Assembly (NCBI GenBank): GCA_965203175.1 | Contig: OZ241867.1 | Span: 1,056,001 to 1,120,000 of the forward strand | Direction: 5' to 3' | DNA: 64,000 bases | Source of the DNA: Candidatus Latescibacterota bacterium | Lineage (GTDB): Bacteria; Latescibacterota; UBA2968; UBA8231 | Shown: positions 17,886-26,306 of the stretch, piece by piece | How positions within the stretch are numbered: position 1 is the stretch's first letter | Layout of the letters: every line of letters begins with the position of its first letter | Made by a program: the position numbers and the translations under genes | Notes under the pieces: generated by a model | What the model saw: only the letters and a program-made list of their open reading frames with translations | Databases searched by the model: none | Told to the model about the DNA's origin: nothing

Positions 17886-18683
17886 ATGCAACCCTTAGCC
17901 ATTCGCATCCTATCTCTCGCGCTGATCGCCATCTCCAGCGCAGCAGCCGTCGAGACCAAGTATCCCCACGGCGGCTTTGAGCCCCGCCTCGACAAACTCC
18001 AGGGCTTGCTTGACTATGTCCACACCGCGAAGAAGATCAAGGTCAAAGCCGGTCCCAAGTTGTGGCAGGCCATCGAGTCTATTCCCGTCGCGACGGGCGT
18101 CCCCATCACCCCCGCGCAAGAAGCCAACCTGCGCGACTGGCTCTACGACTTTCTCGTCGCCTTCTCCGCCTCGGGCAATGACAGCCTCGCCGCCGAGTTT
18201 TATCTCCGCGAGGGCGCCAACAACCCCACGGCCTTGAAGAACATGAAAGAGACTCTAGAGAGCTGGGGCATTCCCAAAGGCGACACGCCCTTTGACCTGT
18301 TCCGTGCCATGCACCGAACCGTACTCGACGATCAAGGCTATGCATACCGCTTTGGCAACGTCTTCTTTCGCCTCAGCACGTTCAAGGTGTTCGAGATGCA
18401 GGGGCAGTACGAGAATTATCGGTCGCACCCGATGAACGTCGTCAAGGCGAGGTTCAAATTGCAAAAAGAGGTTGAATCGGCACTGCGAGCTGGCGAGAAG
18501 CGCGTTTTCACCGACATCGCGTTTGTCACCGAAGAGCCGACCGAGTTCGCCGGGTCTCAAGGGCCAATATGCACCCCCTTCTTCTGTCGGCTAGTCTGGG
18601 ATCCAGAGCGGACAATGTGGCGCTTTGTAGAGGTCTTCTACACCTCCAAACGGCCGAATCCTTTCCTATTCTCGGCCATATAA
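17886..18683 (+). CDS. Exported hypothetical protein
   Basis: AAGGAGG RBS; signal peptide MQPLAIRILSLALIAISSAAA; no recognised family. Confidence 0.75.
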   Translation: MQPLAIRILSLALIAISSAAAVETKYPHGGFEPRLDKLQGLLDYVHTAKKIKVKAGPKLWQAIESIPVATGVPITPAQEANLRDWLYDFLVAFSASGNDSLAAEFYLREGANNPTALKNMKETLESWGIPKGDTPFDLFRAMHRTVLDDQGYAYRFGNVFFRLSTFKVFEMQGQYENYRSHPMNVVKARFKLQKEVESALRAGEKRVFTDIAFVTEEPTEFAGSQGPICTPFFCRLVWDPERTMWRFVEVFYTSKRPNPFLFSAI

Positions 18684-18699
18684 CCGGCCTTTTCTCGCG

Positions 18700-18937
18700 C
18701 TTTCACACCAACAAGGGCGACACATTAAAGAAAGGGTCGGGAACAGAGCACGCTGGCGGAGCTTGCGGCCTGACCCCGGACGTGCCGCCGGGAGAATACC
18801 GGTTGGTGGCGGAGGTCAAAGTTGACGGCGTAATGGGGAAATACGCGAGTCGGAGTTCCATAGTAATAGCTGGTGCTCTTGGGACAGCGGTCGATGCCGT
18901 CACTTGGGGAGCGCTCAAATCGAGAACGACGCGCTGA
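18700..18937 (+). pseudogene. C-terminal remnant of a secreted protein ending in a TWGxLK motif
   Basis: ...PPGEYRLVAEV...GTAVDAVTWGALKSRTTR*; no convincing start after the preceding stop codon. Confidence 0.45.
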
Positions 18938-18991
18938 CCTAGTGGTGACTTCTGGCGAATTTCAAACGGACACGCTATCGCAGGTCCCCCA

Positions 18992-19170
18992 CCATTCGCG
19001 GGTCCTGAGAACCAGCAACGAATGGCAAAAGCAAACGCGACGGACCGGCCGAATTGACCTAATCCCGTCCGTCGCAACCCGGGCCGGGGGAGTGGTGGCC
19101 TCCGGCCCGGTCGGGCAAAAGCGGCGGACGGATTGGCCCAATGCCGTCCGCCGCAACTCTTTTGCGAGTT
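18992..19170. other. Array of five consecutive hairpins (candidate structured RNA or tandem terminators)
   Basis: Inverted repeats 18992-18998/19019-19025, 19037-19045/19067-19075, 19079-19087/19102-19110, 19121-19131/19144-19154, 19155-19159/19166-19170. Confidence 0.6.
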
Positions 19171-19306
19171 TGAATAAAAAAATCCCGTTTCCTTATGTTT
19201 GAATAGCGGGGCCCAAACCACCGGAGTTGCCATGTCTGTCCAGCCTACTCGCGCATCGTCTCTAAGAAGAGCCGTCTCAAAACCCGTTCTAAAGGTGTGT
19301 TGTCTT

Positions 19307-22306
19307 ATGAAGCCTCTGATCGGCAGTCTCATCGGATTGATGCTGAGCGTCAGCATCTGCACCGCGAGCGAAACCGAGCAACACTACTCGCCCCAAGAGC
19401 TAAAAGCAGCGAAATCAAAACTGCGCGAGCACAATCGGTTGTGGACGTTTGAGGAGGGAGCCATCCTCGGCCGTGAATGGACTAGCCGCGCGCCAGAGGA
19501 CGCCGAACTGCGGGCACTCTACGCGCGTCAGCTAGAGGGACAGTTGGACGGACACCGAGAGATCCAAGAGCAAGCCGACGCGATCTTGGAACGGGAGCCG
19601 GACAACCCGTGGGGACTCTACGCGCAAGCACTCGCGTTTCTGACGGACTGGCAGTATTTCGACGAGGCAGCCGAGTCTAGCTTGCGCGCTTGGAGGCTGC
19701 TGCCCCAACCGGAGTTCGCCGCAACATATCTTCAGGCGCTTCGGTTCAGAAACGCGGAAGCGGGGCTGGCATTTTTGGACTCTGTGGATGCGGAGACGCT
19801 CCAGCATCCCGAGGTCCTCCATGCCCGCGCGGAACTCGAGTACCGGGCACAGTACGCGCTGAATGATCCCGCCTATGCGGACACGAGCCTCGCTACCCTG
19901 GCCACGCTGCGAGCGCGTTGGCCCGGCCACGTCAGCGGCTACCTTAGCGCCGCGCAACAGCTACACCGGTCCGACAAGCCGCAGGAGGCACTCCCGCTGA
20001 TCGAAAAGGCTATTCGTCTCTCCCCAAGCTCCGCGGATGTGCGCTACTTGCATTGGCAGATTCTCAACGAGACGGATCAGCTCCCCGCCGACGAGCGACA
20101 CACCGCTATCGAGGCCAGCATCGCCGCCTATCGGCAGGCCGTGCCGGAGACCGTACGCGGCCTCGCCTTGCTCACCACGGCTTATAGGAATGTACTCGAG
20201 GACGAAGAGCAGGCCGCGGCGTTCGAGGCGAAGCTGATGGCGCAAGCTTCCACGAGTTGGCATGCGTCGCGGGTCCACCAAGAGAAGTTCCAACGGGAGT
20301 ACCAACGATTACAGTCCGAGTTGGAGCGCATCGTCCGCAGGGACGCGCCCGAGTACCAAAATCGGCTTCGCCTCATCTGCGACGCGGCCTATCGGTTCCT
20401 CGAAAAACCCCTCTACGACGATAGCTTCCGCGAGGGGCCGTACCGAGCGCTTCTTAGTTCCCTAAGCGCCATGAAGCCGATTCCGGCCGAAGAACTCGCC
20501 GAGGCGGTGCGCGGCTTGGTCCGGTACGAGCAACAGTCCAACCCGTACGTAACGTACGGTGCCCTTATCTTGATGACCGACCGCACGCCGTATGCCGAGG
20601 AGGCCGCCGAACTCGCTCAGGGCGTCATACAAGCCATGCTCGATAGAGCCGAAGAGGATACGTGGGGGGAGGGTCGGCTGAACTTCTACTTGGGCCTCGT
20701 CTACGACGCCCTGGGGTGGGCTCTCTACAAAGCGGGTCGCGTCGAGGAAGGCCGCAACGAGCTTGAGCGGGCACTGAAGTTTTCGCAGAGAAACACCCGT
20801 GCGCACTATCACTTAGGCCAGATGTTCGAGCACATGGCGACCGAGGCCGAGGCTCGGAATTCCGTCGAGGCAGCCGACACTTGGCTCGACAAGGCGGCGG
20901 ACGCCTATCTCGCCGGCCTCAAAGTCCGAAGCTGGGGCCCCAATCCCTGCCAAGCGGCCCTAGCCGCGCTGTACGAGCGCCGACACGGCTCGCGCGAAGG
21001 ATTCGACGAGTATCTCGCCACACTCCGCGGCGAGGACGCTCCCAGTCAGATCCGCTTAACGCCCAAGATCGACCTCCACCTCCAACCAACCCCTGTTGAG
21101 GGACTCCCCGACCGCACGCTCAACCTCCCGCCCGGCTTTAAGGTCAAACTCTTCTCCGACCAGGTAGATAAAGCCCGCTTCATGGCTTGGGACGACCAAG
21201 GCGTCCTACACGTGGCCAACATGAAGCCTCAGAGTACATGGAGCCCGGTCCCCGGCCGCCAAAGCACGGTATTGGCCTTGCCCGACAAAGACGGCGACGG
21301 TCGCGCCGACACCGTGTACATAGCGGTCAATGACCTCAACTGGCCCCACAGCATCGCCTTCTACCAAGGCGCACTCTTCGTCGCCGACGATGATGCGATC
21401 TACCGCCTCGAAGACCGCGACGCGGACGGCTTTTACGAGGAGCGCGCCGTCTTCGCCGAGGTGCCCGGTTTCATGGGTCGTCCCGTTGAGCACGTGACGC
21501 ATACGCTGGTTTTCGACGAGTCCAACGACCGGCTCTACTTCCACATTGGCTCAAGTTGCGACCTATGCCGCGAAGACGACCCGGAACGGTCCACCGTCAT
21601 GCAGATGAACGCCGACGGCACGGGTCGGCGGATCTATGCTTCAGGACTGCGCAATGCCATCGGCCTCGCCTTGCACCCGACCACCGGCGAACTCTGGGCT
21701 GCCAACACTGGGCACGACCGCGAGGGCCCAAACCTGCCGCCAGAGTGGGTCACCCCGCTCCGCGACGGCGGCTTCTATGGCTGGCCGTTGGCGTACGGGG
21801 ACAAAGTCTGGACCGATTTCTCCTCCTACGGAAGGTCCATCTTGCCGCTGACCGCTGCCGATTCGCTGTTAGTTGCCAACATGGATACTCCAGCCGTCCT
21901 CATTCCCGCCCATTTGGCACCCATGGCGCTGCATTTCTACGAGCGCGACCAGTTTCCTCCTCAGTACAAACACGCCGCGTTTGTCGCCTGCCGCGCCGGA
22001 GCTTTGGGCAACGATCCCGGCTACAAGGTCATGGTGCTCTTTGCCGAGCCGGACGGCTCCAATGCCCGCGTCGCCGATTTTCTCACCGGCTTCCGGCTCG
22101 ATTCCGACGAGGACAACGGGGATGCCGGATTGAGTGGATTATTCGGTTTTTTCTCTTTTAATTCCAGTAACGCGTGGGGTAAGCCGGTTGGGCTAACTAC
22201 GGACGAGGCCGGATACCTTTATTTGTCCAGCGACGAAGACACCCAAGCCATCTTCCGCATTGAGGCCAGCCCCGTCGAGGGTACGTGGGAAAATCCTAAA
22301 CCCTGA
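19307..22306 (+). CDS. Exported TPR protein fused to a PQQ-dependent sugar/sorbosone dehydrogenase-like propeller
   Basis: First ~570 aa paralogous to 14595; then LPPGFKVKLF, GSSCDLC, YASGLRNAIG, GGFYGWP, AHLAPMAL, WGKPVG. Confidence 0.8.
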   Translation: MKPLIGSLIGLMLSVSICTASETEQHYSPQELKAAKSKLREHNRLWTFEEGAILGREWTSRAPEDAELRALYARQLEGQLDGHREIQEQADAILEREPDNPWGLYAQALAFLTDWQYFDEAAESSLRAWRLLPQPEFAATYLQALRFRNAEAGLAFLDSVDAETLQHPEVLHARAELEYRAQYALNDPAYADTSLATLATLRARWPGHVSGYLSAAQQLHRSDKPQEALPLIEKAIRLSPSSADVRYLHWQILNETDQLPADERHTAIEASIAAYRQAVPETVRGLALLTTAYRNVLEDEEQAAAFEAKLMAQASTSWHASRVHQEKFQREYQRLQSELERIVRRDAPEYQNRLRLICDAAYRFLEKPLYDDSFREGPYRALLSSLSAMKPIPAEELAEAVRGLVRYEQQSNPYVTYGALILMTDRTPYAEEAAELAQGVIQAMLDRAEEDTWGEGRLNFYLGLVYDALGWALYKAGRVEEGRNELERALKFSQRNTRAHYHLGQMFEHMATEAEARNSVEAADTWLDKAADAYLAGLKVRSWGPNPCQAALAALYERRHGSREGFDEYLATLRGEDAPSQIRLTPKIDLHLQPTPVEGLPDRTLNLPPGFKVKLFSDQVDKARFMAWDDQGVLHVANMKPQSTWSPVPGRQSTVLALPDKDGDGRADTVYIAVNDLNWPHSIAFYQGALFVADDDAIYRLEDRDADGFYEERAVFAEVPGFMGRPVEHVTHTLVFDESNDRLYFHIGSSCDLCREDDPERSTVMQMNADGTGRRIYASGLRNAIGLALHPTTGELWAANTGHDREGPNLPPEWVTPLRDGGFYGWPLAYGDKVWTDFSSYGRSILPLTAADSLLVANMDTPAVLIPAHLAPMALHFYERDQFPPQYKHAAFVACRAGALGNDPGYKVMVLFAEPDGSNARVADFLTGFRLDSDEDNGDAGLSGLFGFFSFNSSNAWGKPVGLTTDEAGYLYLSSDEDTQAIFRIEASPVEGTWENPKP

Positions 22307-22311
22307 ATTAC

Positions 22312-23529
22312 GTGAAACGCCTCCCACTCATCGCCCTCTGCTGTGTGTCGCTGTACTCCTGCGTCAAACGCCTCGTTGACTCGGACATGCAGCCTCTGTC
22401 TGCGACAACTCCTCAAATAATGGTCCACTACATGCCCTGGTACGCGTCAAAACCGATCAGCGGCGAATGGGGCTGGCACTGGACCATGAACCACTTCGAT
22501 CCCGACACCATCGCCGACGACGGCCGCCGCGAAATAGCCTCTCATTACTACCCATTGATCGGGCCGTACGATTCAAACGACCCACACGCATTGGAGTGTC
22601 ACGTCCTGCTTATGAAGTTCGCGGGCATCGACGGCGCAATCATCGACTGGTACGGCATCAAAGACCACCGCGATTACGCCGCGATCCACCGAAATACGAA
22701 TCACCTAATCACATACATCAAAAAGGCCGGATTGAACTTCGCCATTTGTTACGAAGACCAAACGATAAAACACCTCGTCAACGATGGAGTTCTCCGCGAG
22801 AGCGAAGCCCTCAGCCACGGCCAGGAAGTCTTGCGCTGGATGCAAGACCACTGGTTTGTCGCCGACGAATACGCCAAGATCGCCGGCCGGCCTCTGCTCC
22901 TCGTATTCGGCCCGCAGTACTTCAAAGGGGCGGCGTGGAAGGAGCTGTTTTCGGGCTTGTCGCAACCTCCGTACTTCTACACTCTGAATACACTTCAAGA
23001 AGGAGCCGACGGGGTATTCGGGTGGCCTCCAGTACACGGCGGCCGCGTCGTGCCCCCTGCCACTTGGCGCGCCTACCTAAGCCAGCTCTACGAAAAGGAC
23101 GGCGTCGGCACGGCGTTCCCCAAGTTCCACGACATCTACGAGGAAGCCGGTGTGCGCGAAAGCTACGGCTACCTAGATGACCAAGAAGGCGCGGTGTTTG
23201 GGGAGACGCTAGCACGCGCCGGGGAAAGCGCGTCGCTGATCCAGATCGTCACTTGGAACGATTACGGCGAGGGCACCATAATCGAGCCGACGATAGAATA
23301 CGGCTATCGCTATCTCGAAACGTTGCAGAACTACCTCAGAAAGCACGCTGGCAAAACTTTTCCGTACAGCGCAGAAGACCTGCGGCTACCCATCGCGCTA
23401 TACCAGCTTCGCCAGCAAGCAGCAGCGGACGGGCGGGCGTCCACACATCTCGACAGCGCCGCAGCATTTCTGTTCGCGTCTAAGAATGAGGCCGCGAGAA
23501 AAATACTGCTTCGGGACGCCATTGACTAG
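22312..23529 (+). CDS. Glycoside hydrolase GH71/GH99-like, probable lipoprotein
   Basis: HYMPWY, YYPLIGPYDS, AGIDG, TWNDYGEGT-IEP; lipobox-like LYSC. Confidence 0.8.
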   Translation: MKRLPLIALCCVSLYSCVKRLVDSDMQPLSATTPQIMVHYMPWYASKPISGEWGWHWTMNHFDPDTIADDGRREIASHYYPLIGPYDSNDPHALECHVLLMKFAGIDGAIIDWYGIKDHRDYAAIHRNTNHLITYIKKAGLNFAICYEDQTIKHLVNDGVLRESEALSHGQEVLRWMQDHWFVADEYAKIAGRPLLLVFGPQYFKGAAWKELFSGLSQPPYFYTLNTLQEGADGVFGWPPVHGGRVVPPATWRAYLSQLYEKDGVGTAFPKFHDIYEEAGVRESYGYLDDQEGAVFGETLARAGESASLIQIVTWNDYGEGTIIEPTIEYGYRYLETLQNYLRKHAGKTFPYSAEDLRLPIALYQLRQQAAADGRASTHLDSAAAFLFASKNEAARKILLRDAID

Positions 23530-23577
23530 AGCGGAAAGAGGAAATACCCTTTGACGACCTTTCACTAGGAGCATGTC

Positions 23578-24552
23578 ATGGGCCTAACCATTGCCGAACG
23601 CCAGCAATTCCAAAACCTCGGCTACGTAGTCAAAGAAGACATCTACTCCCAAGCCGATCTCCAACCCCTCAAAGACGGCCTCACCGCCGTCATTGACCAG
23701 ACTTGTGCCACTCTGCAAGAAGAAGGGCTACTCGGCGCGGAGACCTTTGCCGCCGAACCCTTTGAAACCCGGCTCGGCACCCTCTTCAAAGCCAATGTCG
23801 AAGTCGGCGAGCGCGTGACCCGAACGATCATGGGGCACGGCGGCGGCGGCTTTAAAGAACAGGCCATTCTCGACTTTTTGCGCCATCCGCCGCTCGTCTC
23901 CTGCATCGAAAGCCTCGTCGGCCCCGACATCATTGGCTCGTCTGTGTACCGCATCCGTCCCAAGGCCCCCGGCTACTCGCGCGGGGCCGTGCCCTGGCAC
24001 CAAGACTCGGGCTACTTCATGCCTCATTGCGACGGAAGTCTGATCGTAACCTGCTGGATTCCCCTCGTCGATGCCACCATTGAAAACGGCTGCCTGTACG
24101 TCCTCCCCAAGACGCACCGCAGCGGCGTCTACCGCCATTACACCGGCGGGCAAGGCGGGTATCTCGAAATCGCCCGCGAAGACCTGCCCACCCCCGAGCC
24201 GGTGGCCTGCCCAATGCGCGCCGGGTCGGTGCTCTTTATGACCAATCTCACCCCGCACGCTTCCTTTGAGAACAACACCGACATCGTCCGCTGGAGCGTC
24301 GATCTCCGCTACCAAGACGCCGAGATTCCGAACAACATCGGCGAAGACCCCGCAGACTTCGACCCGGAACGCGACCCGGTCACCATGGCCTGCTGGCCTG
24401 GGGAGGGCGACTTTGTCATCAAAGACGTGCAAAACCCAGAGCGCGAAGTCACCAACGTCGCCGACTTCAAGGAAATCCGCACCCGCTACGAACAAACCCG
24501 CGTCCACAATCCCGGCCGCGGCTGGACCCCTTTTGCCGAACGCCAAGTCTAA
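23578..24552 (+). CDS. Phytanoyl-CoA dioxygenase (PhyH) family protein
   Basis: PWHQD, WIPLVDA-ENGCL, distal PH, R-SVDLRY. Confidence 0.9.
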   Translation: MGLTIAERQQFQNLGYVVKEDIYSQADLQPLKDGLTAVIDQTCATLQEEGLLGAETFAAEPFETRLGTLFKANVEVGERVTRTIMGHGGGGFKEQAILDFLRHPPLVSCIESLVGPDIIGSSVYRIRPKAPGYSRGAVPWHQDSGYFMPHCDGSLIVTCWIPLVDATIENGCLYVLPKTHRSGVYRHYTGGQGGYLEIAREDLPTPEPVACPMRAGSVLFMTNLTPHASFENNTDIVRWSVDLRYQDAEIPNNIGEDPADFDPERDPVTMACWPGEGDFVIKDVQNPEREVTNVADFKEIRTRYEQTRVHNPGRGWTPFAERQV

Positions 24553-24564
24553 AGGAATAACGCG

Positions 24565-25572
24565 ATGAAAACCTATCTCGAAGGTTGCGGCGTCCCTACA
24601 GCCCAGATCGGCCAAGCCGAGATTCCCCGCCTGATTATGGGGATCCATCCCTACGATGGCTGTTCCTATCAGAACAAGGAGCGCGACGCTGAAAATTTTC
24701 GCGCTTTTAGCCGCGTCCAATCCGTCGCCGATGTGCTGCGCTACGCGGTCGAAGAGGGCGGCATCACTGCCGTCCAAGTGGACCACATGCTGCCCGAACT
24801 CGACCGCCTGCACCTGCAGGCGATCTGGGAAACCGAACAACAGACCGACACTCAAATCGGCATGGTGGCCTACATCCTAATCCCGGTAACCTTAGACGGC
24901 GAAATCGTCTCCTATTCCGAGCGCGCCCACTCGACCTTCTACGCCCGCAACGAAGCCCTCGGCGGCGCGGCCTTCCGCGAACACTTCCACCGCGACGACA
25001 TCATCCACTACAACTTAGGCGACACTTTCGACGGCATCGTCACCCCAGAGACTGTGCCACCGTACACAGAAGAAGACGCTGCCCGCTTCGAGATCGACTA
25101 CGGCATCCTCGAACAATATCTGGGCTTCTTCGCCGGCTGCGATATCCTCATCGCCGACCCTGGTGCCGAAATCGACCTGCTGGCGATGACCGGCCGCTTC
25201 GACCTGATCCACGAGTACTTGGGCTTTCTGCGCCAGCGCTTCGACACCGTTATCACCAGCGTCCACCACGCTGGTGTCACCCTACCGCTCCTCGAAACCG
25301 AAAACATCCCCGTCGATGGCTATCTGACCACCGTCAATGCCCCGGGCACCTTCATGTTCCCCAATCGCGATATGGCCATTGACGCGATCAAAAACTCCAG
25401 CAAACCCGTCATCGCCATCAAGCCGTTGGCTGGCGGGCGCTACCTTGGCCACAAGGCATTCGAATATGTCTTCAAAGAGGTAGGCGTCTCGGCCTCGATG
25501 TTTGGGATGGGCACCCTAGGCCAAGTCCGCGAGACTACGCAGGCCGCACGGGAAGTTCTAGGAGTTGCTTAA
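24565..25572 (+). CDS. Hypothetical protein, aldo/keto-reductase-like barrel
   Basis: IPRLIMGIHP at the N-terminus and KPVIAIKPLAGGR at the C-terminus. Confidence 0.55.
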   Translation: MKTYLEGCGVPTAQIGQAEIPRLIMGIHPYDGCSYQNKERDAENFRAFSRVQSVADVLRYAVEEGGITAVQVDHMLPELDRLHLQAIWETEQQTDTQIGMVAYILIPVTLDGEIVSYSERAHSTFYARNEALGGAAFREHFHRDDIIHYNLGDTFDGIVTPETVPPYTEEDAARFEIDYGILEQYLGFFAGCDILIADPGAEIDLLAMTGRFDLIHEYLGFLRQRFDTVITSVHHAGVTLPLLETENIPVDGYLTTVNAPGTFMFPNRDMAIDAIKNSSKPVIAIKPLAGGRYLGHKAFEYVFKEVGVSASMFGMGTLGQVRETTQAAREVLGVA

Positions 25573-25583
25573 TCTGCTCAAAC

Positions 25584-25631
25584 TGTCATGCTGAGCGGAG
25601 CGCAGCGAAGTCGAAGCATCTCACACCCAAG
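25584..25631. repeat. REP-like dispersed element, copy 2
   Basis: TGTCATGCTGAGCGGAGCGCAGCGAAGTCGAAGCATCTCACACCCAAG. Confidence 0.6.
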
Positions 25632-25660
25632 AAGCCTGTGCGCAACATCGGCGACATAGT

Positions 25661-26257
25661 ATGAACTTCACCCACTGGATTTTCGATCTCGATAACACTC
25701 TGGCCGATAGCGCCATCGATTTCAATGCTATTCGCCAGGAACTGGGCCTGCCTTTGGGAAAAGGCATGCTAGAAGAAATTGACACCCGCCCCGCTGCCGA
25801 AGCGGCTGCGCTCAGACGCCGCCTTGCCGCGCTCGAACGCGAGTACGCCCTCTGCGCCCAGCCCTTACCCGGCGTCCACGCACTGCTGAGTTCACTGGTC
25901 CAACGCGGTTTTCAGCTCGGCATCCTCACCCGCAACAACCACGCCAATGCATTGCAGACGCTCGCCGTCTGCGACCTCGCCGAATTCTTCGATCCCGCCC
26001 ACGTCTTAGGCCGCGACGAAGCCGCCCCCAAGCCCGATCCCGATGGCATCCGCAAGCTGCTCGACGCTTGGGGTGCAGAGCCAGCAACCGCCGTGATGGT
26101 CGGCGACTTCCGCTACGACCTCGAAGCCGGTCGCCGCGCCGAGGTCACCACCATCTACTACGATGCTGCAGGTCAGGACCTCTGGACGGCTGAAGCCGAC
26201 ATCCGTGTCCAAAGCCACGCCGAGTTGCTCGCGCTGTTGCGTCGGGCACACGACTGA
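25661..26257 (+). CDS. HAD-superfamily hydrolase
   Basis: FDLDNTL, LTRN, KPDP, VGD-YD. Confidence 0.9.
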   Translation: MNFTHWIFDLDNTLADSAIDFNAIRQELGLPLGKGMLEEIDTRPAAEAAALRRRLAALEREYALCAQPLPGVHALLSSLVQRGFQLGILTRNNHANALQTLAVCDLAEFFDPAHVLGRDEAAPKPDPDGIRKLLDAWGAEPATAVMVGDFRYDLEAGRRAEVTTIYYDAAGQDLWTAEADIRVQSHAELLALLRRAHD

Positions 26258-26306
26258 GACCATTCCCGTCCAAGCCCTTGCTTGCCGCCAACAAAGACGG
26301 TTGACC

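Noticed and set aside
18985-19030. TPP or cobalamin riboswitch suggested by CTGAGA; c-di-GMP-I suggested by GGCAAA
   Set aside because: The other conserved blocks (ACCUGAU/GGAUAAUGCC, B12 box, GACGCAAAGC and GNRA loop) were not found.
9082-21020. Diversity-generating retroelement behind the duplicated segments
   Set aside because: No reverse transcriptase in the window, and differences between copies are not adenine-specific.
23728-24855. Long antisense ORFs (also 29098-30132, 37252-38055, 56695-57648)
   Set aside because: Shadow frames of real high-GC genes with no recognisable motifs.
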